64,000 nt of DNA from an uncultured Candidatus Saccharibacteria bacterium (GTDB lineage Bacteria > Patescibacteriota > Minisyncoccia > Phycocordibacterales > UBA9973), in the NCBI GenBank assembly GCA_964599225.1, contig CAZRDO010000003.1:8066-72065 (forward strand), given 5' to 3'. Of this stretch, positions 47,843 to 57,050 are shown in pieces; position 1 is the stretch's first letter, and every line of letters starts with the position of its first letter. The position numbers were made by a program, and so were the translations under genes. A model generated the notes under the pieces. The model was not told where the DNA came from, made no database searches, and saw only the letters and a list, made by a program, of their open reading frames with translations.

Positions 47843-48248
47843 GTGCATACCTAATCGCTCTTTTGAGTGACTTTGTGCGCATAGGTTTATGGTCGCTTTT
47901 AGATAGGGGCGATCAGATAACCAAGGAAGTCGATTCAATGAACATTGAAAAGTGAATAGAAGTAAATAGGATGACGGCGCTACCCGATTCCTATATATGT
48001 ATGTTTTCTTTTTGATTTTGTTGGCTACGGCTTCTGCCCTGTCGACAAAGGCAATTCCGTTCCGAGTGGATTCGTCCACAGAGAACAACCTTCAGACGCC
48101 TTAATTAAGCGCCTGAATATATTCTTAACGATGCGCATCAATACTACAGTGGTTTTGTCGAACCACTATTAATCAGATAAGCGCATCAGCCCTCTTATAT
48201 AAATTGTTAAAGAATTTTTATAATGGCAACTTATACACGATAAATATT
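47843..48248 (+). ncRNA. Long (~400 nt) multi-hairpin 5' leader
   Basis: Successive stems, e.g. GGTCGCTTT/GGGGCGATC, ATAGGA/TCCTAT, TGCC/GGCA, GTGGA-ttcg-TCCAC, TTCAG/CTGAA, AGTGGTT/AACCACT. Confidence 0.5.
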
Positions 48249-50153
48249 ATGAGTAAATTATTTAAAATTTCAGTCGCCGCTTTTGCTCTCCTTGCACTCG
48301 TTGCAGTTGGCTCAAAAGCAAATGCTGAAACTTGGGATTTCGGTACAACAACCCTTAAAATGGGTTCAAGTGGTACTTTTGTAATGAATCTCCAGACAGC
48401 ACTTAATACATGCGCAAGTGCAGGCCTCACTGCTGACGGATCGTTTGGTCCTAAGACAGATGCTGCAGTACGTGCGTTCCAAACAGCACACGCTCTCGTT
48501 GCTGACGGTCTCGTTGGTATGAATACCAAAGCTGCCCTTAATTCATGCGGAGGCGTGATTACTGGTGGAACAGGTTCATGTCCTACAGGCTTCACATGCG
48601 CTCCAACAACTCCAGTCGCTTGTCCAGCAGGCTTCACATGTACACCAGCAGGTGGCAGTGGAACTGTTACAGGTGGCGCAGGATCAGTTGACTCTTACAA
48701 CGAACTTTCATCTTTCTCTAACGAGGAAGTAGGAGAGGACGAAGAAGATGTTGAAATCGGAGGTATTGAAGTTGAAGTAGGAGATGGCTCTGACATAATG
48801 GTCACAGCTGTTAAACTTGACTTCTCTACACAGCCTGGAAATGATGACCTTGGTGACTTCATCACTGAAGTTGCAATTATGGTTGACGGTGAAGAGTTCG
48901 CTCGCGTTGACGCAGACGAATTCAACGATGACAATGATTGGACAAAGACTGTCACACTTTCAGACGGTGCAATCATCAAAGAAAATGAGACAGGAGAAAT
49001 TACTGTCGCAGTTACAGGAGTAAGTAACATTGACTCAGATGACGCTGGTGATGACTGGGCTCTTGATTTCGTGACAGTCCGATTTGAGGACGGTCAAGGA
49101 GCAACTATCTCAGAAGACACTGGTACAGATGCATTTGCATGGCAAGTAGATACGTTTGCCTCTGCCGCTGACGTTGAGCTCAAAGTTGCTGAAAGTAACG
49201 ACAATCCTGAAGCACAAGTTGTAGATATTGATTCATCCGATGACACCAATGGTGTTGAGGTTCTCAGATTTACTCTTGAAGCTAATGGTTCTGACATCGA
49301 AGTTAAGGATATTCCTGTTCTCTTCACAGTAACAGGAGCTACCGATGTTGATGCAGTTATCAACACCGCATACCTTACAATCGATGGAGAAGAATTCTCT
49401 GAATCTGTATCAACAAGCACAGCTGCAGCAACAGTTACTTTTGATGACATTGACTTCACAGTTGATGAAGGAGAAGAAGTTGAAGTAGTTGTTACAGTTG
49501 ATGTTAATAATACAGACTCAGCATTCGAACAAGGAGATACAATTAAGGCTGAACTCCGTGCAGCTTCAGAAGTTGACGGAATTGACGCTGAAGACCAAAC
49601 AGGTGAAGATCTAGCAATTGGTGATCTTACTGGTTCTGCTCTCGGTGAAGTAATGTCATTCTATGACGCAGGTATTATGGTTTCATTCGTGTCTGCTACA
49701 GAATCTTCTGCAGTTGATGATGGATCAGATGATGATACTGGTACCTTTGTACTCAAGTTCACAGTTGAAGCCTTTGGTGGAACAGTGTATGTGTCTGACA
49801 CAGCCGCTGCAACCGTCTCAACTTCAATTGCTGAAACATCGCTTACTAATGCAGACGGAATTCTCTACCTCGTAGAAGATTCTGGTACCGCTACAGTAGA
49901 TGATCTTGCTGATCTTCTTACTGAAGAAGGTGATGCTGATCTCAGTGCTTCAAACAACTGGACCCTTACAGATGGTGAAGAGTCTACATTCACGCTTACA
50001 GTCACACAGACAAATGACTCTATAGAAGACGACGGTCTCTACCGAATGCTTCTCAAGTCAATCGGATGGAATACAACTGATTCTGCAACTGTATACAATG
50101 TATACGACTTCGACCTTGAAGACTTCAAGACAGATCCTCTCTCTCTTAACTAA
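48249..50153 (+). CDS. Acidic S-layer-like major surface protein with peptidoglycan-binding domain
   Basis: Signal peptide (ANA), LKMGSSG..V..LQ..L...DGSFGPKT..AVRAFQ, two CP.GFTC repeats, Asp/Glu/Thr/Val-rich beta region, biased codon use. Confidence 0.75.
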   Translation: MSKLFKISVAAFALLALVAVGSKANAETWDFGTTTLKMGSSGTFVMNLQTALNTCASAGLTADGSFGPKTDAAVRAFQTAHALVADGLVGMNTKAALNSCGGVITGGTGSCPTGFTCAPTTPVACPAGFTCTPAGGSGTVTGGAGSVDSYNELSSFSNEEVGEDEEDVEIGGIEVEVGDGSDIMVTAVKLDFSTQPGNDDLGDFITEVAIMVDGEEFARVDADEFNDDNDWTKTVTLSDGAIIKENETGEITVAVTGVSNIDSDDAGDDWALDFVTVRFEDGQGATISEDTGTDAFAWQVDTFASAADVELKVAESNDNPEAQVVDIDSSDDTNGVEVLRFTLEANGSDIEVKDIPVLFTVTGATDVDAVINTAYLTIDGEEFSESVSTSTAAATVTFDDIDFTVDEGEEVEVVVTVDVNNTDSAFEQGDTIKAELRAASEVDGIDAEDQTGEDLAIGDLTGSALGEVMSFYDAGIMVSFVSATESSAVDDGSDDDTGTFVLKFTVEAFGGTVYVSDTAAATVSTSIAETSLTNADGILYLVEDSGTATVDDLADLLTEEGDADLSASNNWTLTDGEESTFTLTVTQTNDSIEDDGLYRMLLKSIGWNTTDSATVYNVYDFDLEDFKTDPLSLN

Positions 50154-50192
50154 CAATTTGTTAGTATAAGAAAGACGAATCTAGTCTTTAAC

Positions 50193-50220
50193 AAAAAACC
50201 ACCCGAAGGGGTGGTTTTTT
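50193..50220 (+). terminator. Intrinsic terminator
   Basis: AAAAAACCACCC-gaag-GGGTGGTTTTTT. Confidence 0.85.
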
Positions 50221-50310
50221 GTTTTGTTCCATAAACAATCATCGCATTGCATTAAAAGACAAACATGATAAAGTGCGAGTATTACAATTAGTTATGGTCC
50301 ATGAAATGCC

Positions 50311-53300
50311 ATGAATAAAAGCTTATATTTCCGTAATAAAAATATGAAACGCCTTGCCAAACTAACCGCATTTTCTGCGGCCTTTTTATTACTCCTCGAG
50401 CCTGTTTTTGTTGTCTTAGCTCAACAAGAACTACCTTCTTCTAATTCCATACAGGCTTCAGAAACTGTGGTACCAGTCACTGTTTCTGAAGTAGAGCCAA
50501 GTCCCACTAATACTCAGGAAGTAAATCCTAGTGAGATAAAAGATCTTATTGAAAGTAAGGTTATTGAAAAAGAGCTAAGGGGCAAATTAAAGGATAGGGA
50601 CCGAAATGATAATATAAAATTAGGTGGGGAGGGGATATCAAAAACACTCCAAGCAACTGAAAGTACAAAATTATTACCTAAAACCGATCCGTCCACTGGG
50701 GCACTCTTATATTCCTATCGTGTGGGACTTCCTGAAGGTAGAAATAATTTAACGCCTGAGCTTGCTCTTGAGTACAATAGCAATAGTAAAGATTCTCGTA
50801 GTTATATTGGATCGGGATGGGAGTTTAATATTCCTTCAATTGTACGGATTAACAAATATGGTTCAGAGCAAATGTACGATCATCATGATTTCTCCTCAAG
50901 TCTTTCAGGGGAGTTAATAAATATTTCTGGAATTTCTTATTCTGCGAAGGTAGAAAATAATGATTTTCTCTCCTATACGTTTTCAAATAATACTTGGACA
51001 GTTTACGATAAAGACGGTACGAGGTACGTATTTGGTCAAAGTGCAGAAACTCGGCAAGATGATCCTAGTGATAGCGCTCGTATTTATAAATGGATGCTTG
51101 AAGAAGTGCGCGATACGAATGATAATTACATTCGTTATGAATATTATAAAGACACAGGTCAGATTTATCCCTCGAAAATAATATATACAGGCCACGGTTC
51201 AGAAGAAGGAATGTTTGAGGTTATTTTTAATCGAGATGGAACATTTACAATGAGTCCTACATTGTATAGTACTGGTTTCGAAGTGAAAACTAAGTATAGA
51301 ATTTCTAGTATTGAAGTAGTAGAGAATGGTAATTGGGTTAAAAGATACGAAATTAGTTATGATGATACACAAAGCGGCAGACTTCCTATAGCAATTACAG
51401 AGTCGGGAAAAGATTTACAATCCGGAGTAGTTTCAATTGATAGTCCGACTAAGTTTACCTATAAAACACAAGAGACATCATTGGGATGGTCACAGACTGA
51501 GAATAATCTCTGGGAACTTCCTCACGCACTCTATTCTGGTGAAAATGGACCCACTCATATTCAAGTGAGAGATATAAATAATGATGCGTATCCGGATGTG
51601 CTCTTCTTCTCTGATGAAGAAACAGAGTGTCTTTATAAGAATACTTTCATAAATAATACTCATGGGGGATGGATAAATTATGGTGGCTGTGGAGCAGATT
51701 GGGAAATCCCAATATACTTAAGAAATCCCTATAATTTGTACTCTGACTATGGAACTCGTGCATTTGATTACAATGGTGATTTTCTCACCGATCTCATATG
51801 GTCATATGCATCTAACAAAGGCGTAACTGTTCCTGTCTCACAGACATTCAGAAATACTGGAGACCCAATTGACCCTTGGGTGCCCGATGATGTATATCCT
51901 CCGGTAGCGTTTGTGTATTACGATAATGTGCATGCTGATAATGGCGCGCAGATTATTGATGTAAACGGCGATGGGTTGCAAGATATCGTACGTTCTTTTA
52001 GTGATGGTTCTGAGCAAGATTATACTTATTTGAATAACGGATCTGGATGGATACAAGCAGCTCCAAATGATTGGGTATTGCCTGTGGGTATTATCACTCA
52101 AGATGGTGGACCAGATGATAACTTCACTCATGCACAATTTGTAGATATTAATGGGGATGGACTCACTGATATTTATTGGAGTGATGATGATAATCCAATG
52201 CTTGAGCGTACCTTTATCAATAATGGTCATACTTGGCTTCCTGATAGCATAGGTGACTGGACTATTCCTTTACCATTTTGGTCTAGAGAAGGTGCTGAAA
52301 TTGGGAATACGGATGCGGGCAGTCGAAGTACTGACGTGAATGGTGATGGAGCTATTGATCTTGTCTCTAGCCATTGTTGGAATTCGAATTGTGACGAAGT
52401 TGTAGGTTCGGTATGGCTAAATAAAAATGATGAATTTTCATCCGGAAGCTCATTCTATTTTACAGAAACTATTGTCCCTGAAGCTTTTGTAAATAACAAT
52501 TATGTGACCTTATACTCAGTTATTGTCGATATGAACGCTGATGGTATGGATGATATAACGTATGCATTGAGTGGAGAAGATGCGAGAACACACTTATCAA
52601 AATCTACTCCGTTCGTCAATCTTCTTGTAAGTATCGAAACACCATATGGGGGAGTTGCAAACATTAGTTATAAGCCATCGACAAAGTATTATGATGATAG
52701 CGGTATACTTCAGAATCCAAAGCTTCCGATTTTGATCACAACTGTTGATTCAATTACCACCGATGATGGATTTGGAAACGTTGCAACTGAGCATTTCACA
52801 TATGCTGATGGATTTTATTATTTTAATTCTCCACACGATCGCAAATTTGCTGGATTTGGAGTAGTGACAAGTACAGATTCTGTCGGTAATGTCGTGAAGA
52901 CCTACTATCACCAAGGCAATACCACAAACACATCTCTTGGTGAGGACACGGATCATATTTCCAAAATGGGTAGATCATATCGCACTGAAGAGTATGATGA
53001 CAGTGGTAATTTATATCGTCTTACAGTGAATAAGTGGGATAAATATGATATCGGTGTTGATCATGATTTTGTGAAACTTGCTCGTACCACCACGCTTACC
53101 TATGATGGTGATTCTGATCACAAAGATACTGCTGTTGAATATACATACGACAACGCGAACGGTAATCTGCTTACCGAAATAAACTATGGAGAAGTCATAG
53201 CAAATACTGATGGAAGTTTTACTGACACGAGTACGGATAAAGGTACAGTGGCTTATTTGTACGCAATAAATGGTAGTGGCCGATTCGCGATTTCTCAGCA

Positions 53301-56300
53301 AACACTTGTCAATAATGCTGGCAACAAAGTGAGTGATGCAAAATATTATTATGATAATCAAGCTTTTGGGGCACTCACACTTGGGAATACTACTAAGGTT
53401 CGTAATTGGAAAACAGGCTCACAGTGGGTTGATACACTAACAAGTTATAATTCATTTGGTCTGCCGATTACCACCACAGATCCGCGTGGCAAAGTCACTC
53501 AATATACAAACGATTCATACAATCTCTATCCTGCTACTATTACCAACTCACTGCTTCAAACTACGCAATATGTATATGATTATTCTTCCGGTAAACCAAC
53601 ACAGATCACTGATGCGAATAATCTAGTCACAAAAATAATGTTTGATGGCTTGGATCGTATTATCGAAGAAAAAATCCCTGACCTTACGACGCCAAGTACA
53701 CTGGTTACTAAAACAACATATACCTACACTGATACGCCAGGTGCGGTATCTGTGCACAAGACAGACTATTTAGATGACGCTACGAATGTTGATAGCTACC
53801 AATATTTTGACGGTCTTGGTCGTATCTTTCAAGAACGTAGAGAAGCCGAAGCCACTAATACATTTAATGTCAAAGATAGTATCTACAATACTCGCGGGCT
53901 TCTGGAGAAAGAATCTCTACCCTATGCCTCGACTGGAAGTGCTCGTACAGTATCCACTACTGATGGAGCACTTTATTCGACAAACACGTACGATGCACTC
54001 GCACGACCACTCACAACATCAAACATTCTCGGTACTACAGCCTTTGTATATGATGATTGGAAAACTACGATCACTGATACCAACGGAAAAGAGAAAATTT
54101 TCACTAATGGTGCAAGAGGTAATCTTACTAAAGTTGAAGAAAAAAATGGTGTGAGCACATACACGACATCCTATAAATGGGATCTGGTAAAAAATCTCAC
54201 TAAAATCACAGATGCACTCGGGAATATCCGCAATTTCACCTATGACGGACTTGGCCGCAAGCTGACTGCAGAAGACCTCCATGCTTCAGCTGACACAACA
54301 TTCGGGATTTGGTCTTATGGATATGATGATGCTGGTAATCTCACGCAATCAATTGATCCAAAGAATCAGACGATTAATTACACATATGATGATATCAATC
54401 GTAAATTAACTGAAGATTTTACTGGCGCGACTGGAACAGAAATTGTGTACGCGTACGATAGTGGGATATATGGCAAAGGGTATCTTGCAAGTGCCACTCT
54501 TCCTTCAGTTACCACTACCTACACTTACAATCCTCACGGCACTCTTGCAAGTGAGACAAAAACGATCGATGGAAGTGCATATACTACAAGTTATACATAT
54601 GATCGTTTAGGCAACCAAACCGTAGTGACCTACCCAGACCTTTCTCAAATGAAATATTTATATAGCACAGCAGGTTATCTCAACAAAATTCGTCGAAAGG
54701 AAAATGGCGGGAGTTTTGTCGATGTAGTGACGAGTTTCAATTATGCTCCAACAGGAGAAGTGAAAGTCATTAATTTTGCTAATGGTGTCAGTACAACCAA
54801 CACGTATGACGCAACTAAGCTCTACCGTCATACTAATAAAAAAACAAACATTGGTTCGACCAAATATCAAAATATTGGTTATACATATGATTCGGTTGGT
54901 AATATCACACAAATTGTCGATTCATCAAATACTAATACTGCGAAAACACTTACTTTTACCTACGACGATTTGTATCGACTTCTTTCAGCGACCTCAAATG
55001 GTGCGGTGGCAGGTGGTAACTTTACTGAAACGTATTCTTACAATGAACTTGGGAACATTCTCTCAAAGTCGGATGTTGGTACGTATGCGTATGCTGGCAA
55101 TACTGGTACACTCTTTGCCAATCCTCACGCTCCGACATCGATCGCCAGCGTTTCTCGGACCTATGATAAAAACGGCAATCTGTTAAATGATGGTGCCAAT
55201 ATATATACTTGGAATTACAAAAATCAACTTGCAAGTACGACTACTCCTGGTGGAGCGCTCTCATATATTTATGACCATAGTGGCTCAAGACAAAAGTATA
55301 TTACCCAAACCTCCACAACAATCACCCCAAACCGGTACTATGAAGAAGAGGGAACAATAAAACGTCGCCATATCTACGGAGGAGACACGTTGCTGGCAAC
55401 GATTGAAAAAGATGGAACAACGATCACTCCATACTATGTCCACAGTGACCACTTAGGATCGGTGGAGAAGATCACGAACCAGGCGGGGTTAGTCACCGAG
55501 CTCAATGATTTCTACCCATTCGGCAAGGTTCGGTACACTGAAGGAGGTACTGGAGGAGATAAAACATTCCTTGGGAAATATCATGATGTTGAGAGTGGTC
55601 TTGAATATTTAGAAGCACGGTATTATGGTAGCAAGCTTGGACAGTTTACTACTCAGGATCCGGCGTTTTTAGTTGTGGGAAATCCGAATGCAATTAAGTC
55701 ACTTACTTCACTCGAATTTGTCCAATATCTTTCTGATCCACAGGCAATGAATAGCTACAATTACGCGCGGAATAATCCGATTAAATACAAAGATGATGGA
55801 GGGAAATATTGGGAGTCAGCTCTCGATATTGCTTCATTATCACTGTCTCTAAGGGACTACCAAGCGAAACCAACACTTAAGAACTATCTTTTTGTTAGTG
55901 CCGATGTACTATCATTAGCATTTCCGGTTCCAGCATTTATCGGTTATGCTCGTCATGCTGATGAACTTGGAGATGCAGCAGGTATCTTAAAACGTCATGA
56001 ATCGATGGGAGGGCATACTCTAAAAACACATGTTGGACAGAGCAATGAGGCTCTTAAGGCACGATTTAATAACCCAAGATTTCATTCAGACTATTCAACA
56101 ACATTTCACTCTGAAGAAATTGGTAACCATGCAACATATAAAAACATTCAGAATAATATTGATAAAATTAATTCATGGATGGCAAATCCCAATGCTTTTA
56201 AATTAGAAATAAGTTCTAATCTAAGTGAAAATTTGGGCCATGGTTTTACCAGGGATGGCCATATTCTTGAAAATCTTACTGAAGTTCGGTTGATACTTAC

Positions 56301-56367
56301 GAAAACACAAAATGGTAAAGAATATATAAAATCATCGTATCCTTTTAAAAGTAGTAATAGTAATTAA
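50311..56367 (+). CDS. SpvB/FG-GAP/TcdB-mid plus RHS (TcB-TcC-like) polymorphic toxin with RNase A-like C-terminal domain
   Basis: Signal peptide; PEGRNNLTPELALEYNS..GSGW; D.NGDG..D repeats; RKFAGFG; YD repeats; HSDHLGS; NSYNYARNNP; tip HESMGGHTLKTHVG...STTF. Confidence 0.88.
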   Translation: MNKSLYFRNKNMKRLAKLTAFSAAFLLLLEPVFVVLAQQELPSSNSIQASETVVPVTVSEVEPSPTNTQEVNPSEIKDLIESKVIEKELRGKLKDRDRNDNIKLGGEGISKTLQATESTKLLPKTDPSTGALLYSYRVGLPEGRNNLTPELALEYNSNSKDSRSYIGSGWEFNIPSIVRINKYGSEQMYDHHDFSSSLSGELINISGISYSAKVENNDFLSYTFSNNTWTVYDKDGTRYVFGQSAETRQDDPSDSARIYKWMLEEVRDTNDNYIRYEYYKDTGQIYPSKIIYTGHGSEEGMFEVIFNRDGTFTMSPTLYSTGFEVKTKYRISSIEVVENGNWVKRYEISYDDTQSGRLPIAITESGKDLQSGVVSIDSPTKFTYKTQETSLGWSQTENNLWELPHALYSGENGPTHIQVRDINNDAYPDVLFFSDEETECLYKNTFINNTHGGWINYGGCGADWEIPIYLRNPYNLYSDYGTRAFDYNGDFLTDLIWSYASNKGVTVPVSQTFRNTGDPIDPWVPDDVYPPVAFVYYDNVHADNGAQIIDVNGDGLQDIVRSFSDGSEQDYTYLNNGSGWIQAAPNDWVLPVGIITQDGGPDDNFTHAQFVDINGDGLTDIYWSDDDNPMLERTFINNGHTWLPDSIGDWTIPLPFWSREGAEIGNTDAGSRSTDVNGDGAIDLVSSHCWNSNCDEVVGSVWLNKNDEFSSGSSFYFTETIVPEAFVNNNYVTLYSVIVDMNADGMDDITYALSGEDARTHLSKSTPFVNLLVSIETPYGGVANISYKPSTKYYDDSGILQNPKLPILITTVDSITTDDGFGNVATEHFTYADGFYYFNSPHDRKFAGFGVVTSTDSVGNVVKTYYHQGNTTNTSLGEDTDHISKMGRSYRTEEYDDSGNLYRLTVNKWDKYDIGVDHDFVKLARTTTLTYDGDSDHKDTAVEYTYDNANGNLLTEINYGEVIANTDGSFTDTSTDKGTVAYLYAINGSGRFAISQQTLVNNAGNKVSDAKYYYDNQAFGALTLGNTTKVRNWKTGSQWVDTLTSYNSFGLPITTTDPRGKVTQYTNDSYNLYPATITNSLLQTTQYVYDYSSGKPTQITDANNLVTKIMFDGLDRIIEEKIPDLTTPSTLVTKTTYTYTDTPGAVSVHKTDYLDDATNVDSYQYFDGLGRIFQERREAEATNTFNVKDSIYNTRGLLEKESLPYASTGSARTVSTTDGALYSTNTYDALARPLTTSNILGTTAFVYDDWKTTITDTNGKEKIFTNGARGNLTKVEEKNGVSTYTTSYKWDLVKNLTKITDALGNIRNFTYDGLGRKLTAEDLHASADTTFGIWSYGYDDAGNLTQSIDPKNQTINYTYDDINRKLTEDFTGATGTEIVYAYDSGIYGKGYLASATLPSVTTTYTYNPHGTLASETKTIDGSAYTTSYTYDRLGNQTVVTYPDLSQMKYLYSTAGYLNKIRRKENGGSFVDVVTSFNYAPTGEVKVINFANGVSTTNTYDATKLYRHTNKKTNIGSTKYQNIGYTYDSVGNITQIVDSSNTNTAKTLTFTYDDLYRLLSATSNGAVAGGNFTETYSYNELGNILSKSDVGTYAYAGNTGTLFANPHAPTSIASVSRTYDKNGNLLNDGANIYTWNYKNQLASTTTPGGALSYIYDHSGSRQKYITQTSTTITPNRYYEEEGTIKRRHIYGGDTLLATIEKDGTTITPYYVHSDHLGSVEKITNQAGLVTELNDFYPFGKVRYTEGGTGGDKTFLGKYHDVESGLEYLEARYYGSKLGQFTTQDPAFLVVGNPNAIKSLTSLEFVQYLSDPQAMNSYNYARNNPIKYKDDGGKYWESALDIASLSLSLRDYQAKPTLKNYLFVSADVLSLAFPVPAFIGYARHADELGDAAGILKRHESMGGHTLKTHVGQSNEALKARFNNPRFHSDYSTTFHSEEIGNHATYKNIQNNIDKINSWMANPNAFKLEISSNLSENLGHGFTRDGHILENLTEVRLILTKTQNGKEYIKSSYPFKSSNSN

Positions 56368-56371
56368 TAGT

Positions 56372-56878
56372 ATGAAAAAAAGAGTCTTTATCTGTGAACA
56401 AAATCAAAATTCTCCATCCAAGGAAAAATGGTGTGAAAATGTAAACCCATTGTTATTACAAGATAATCCCTACAACGGGACAGTTGCTACTAAAGATGTG
56501 TTAAAAAAAATTGAATTAGAAAAGTTTCCTCTCGTTGAAGATATTAGGCTTGTAGTCAAAAATACTGATATTCTTGGTGAGCGTTTGTACTACCAAAGTG
56601 ATGAACACGGGATTATTGCTACTTTCCCTTGGTGGGACAACATTAGGGAGTATATTAAAAAAGAAAAAATACAAAACCCTCTATATGGATCATTAGAAAT
56701 TCCATTTGAAGATATAGAGCAATCTTGGAATGTAATTATTTTTTTAAAGGGAGATTTTGTGTATTTTCTTGAAGGAAATGACGAAGAGTACAAAGAATAT
56801 TATCTCTATTATAAAGTTCCTAAAGATAAATATGATAAAGAATGGAATAATTTTCTAAAATTAGTATGGAATGGATAG
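56372..56878 (+). CDS. Probable cognate immunity protein
   Basis: AT-rich ORF starting 4 nt after the toxin stop; function inferred from position. Confidence 0.6.
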   Translation: MKKRVFICEQNQNSPSKEKWCENVNPLLLQDNPYNGTVATKDVLKKIELEKFPLVEDIRLVVKNTDILGERLYYQSDEHGIIATFPWWDNIREYIKKEKIQNPLYGSLEIPFEDIEQSWNVIIFLKGDFVYFLEGNDEEYKEYYLYYKVPKDKYDKEWNNFLKLVWNG

Positions 56879-57036
56879 ATAATAATATCAAAATAAATAT
56901 AGTGAAAGAAAATAATCTAATAATTATTAGAGGTGCTAAAGAGCAGATTCTGTCTTTAAGCAAGGGACATGTGTTGATAATAAGGGGTCAGGCACCTTTT
57001 GTACAAGCGGTTTTTGTATTCCTATCATTGTGTTAA
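56866..57036 (+). pseudogene. Possible truncated Imm32-like immunity fragment (56 aa)
   Basis: MEWIDNNIKINIVKENNLIIIRGAKEQILSLSK resembles the W..I.v......I.aN..gL.SLA pattern. Confidence 0.3.
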
Positions 57037-57050
57037 TATGAAATTATTAT

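Noticed and set aside
47462-48088. ORFs 47462-47707 (+) and 47756-48088 (-)
   Set aside because: They run through the palindrome, promoter and hairpins and have no protein-like features; likely spurious
48218-49875. Antisense and alternate-frame ORFs over the S-layer-like gene (and similar ones over other long CDSs)
   Set aside because: Shadow ORFs caused by codon bias of the real genes
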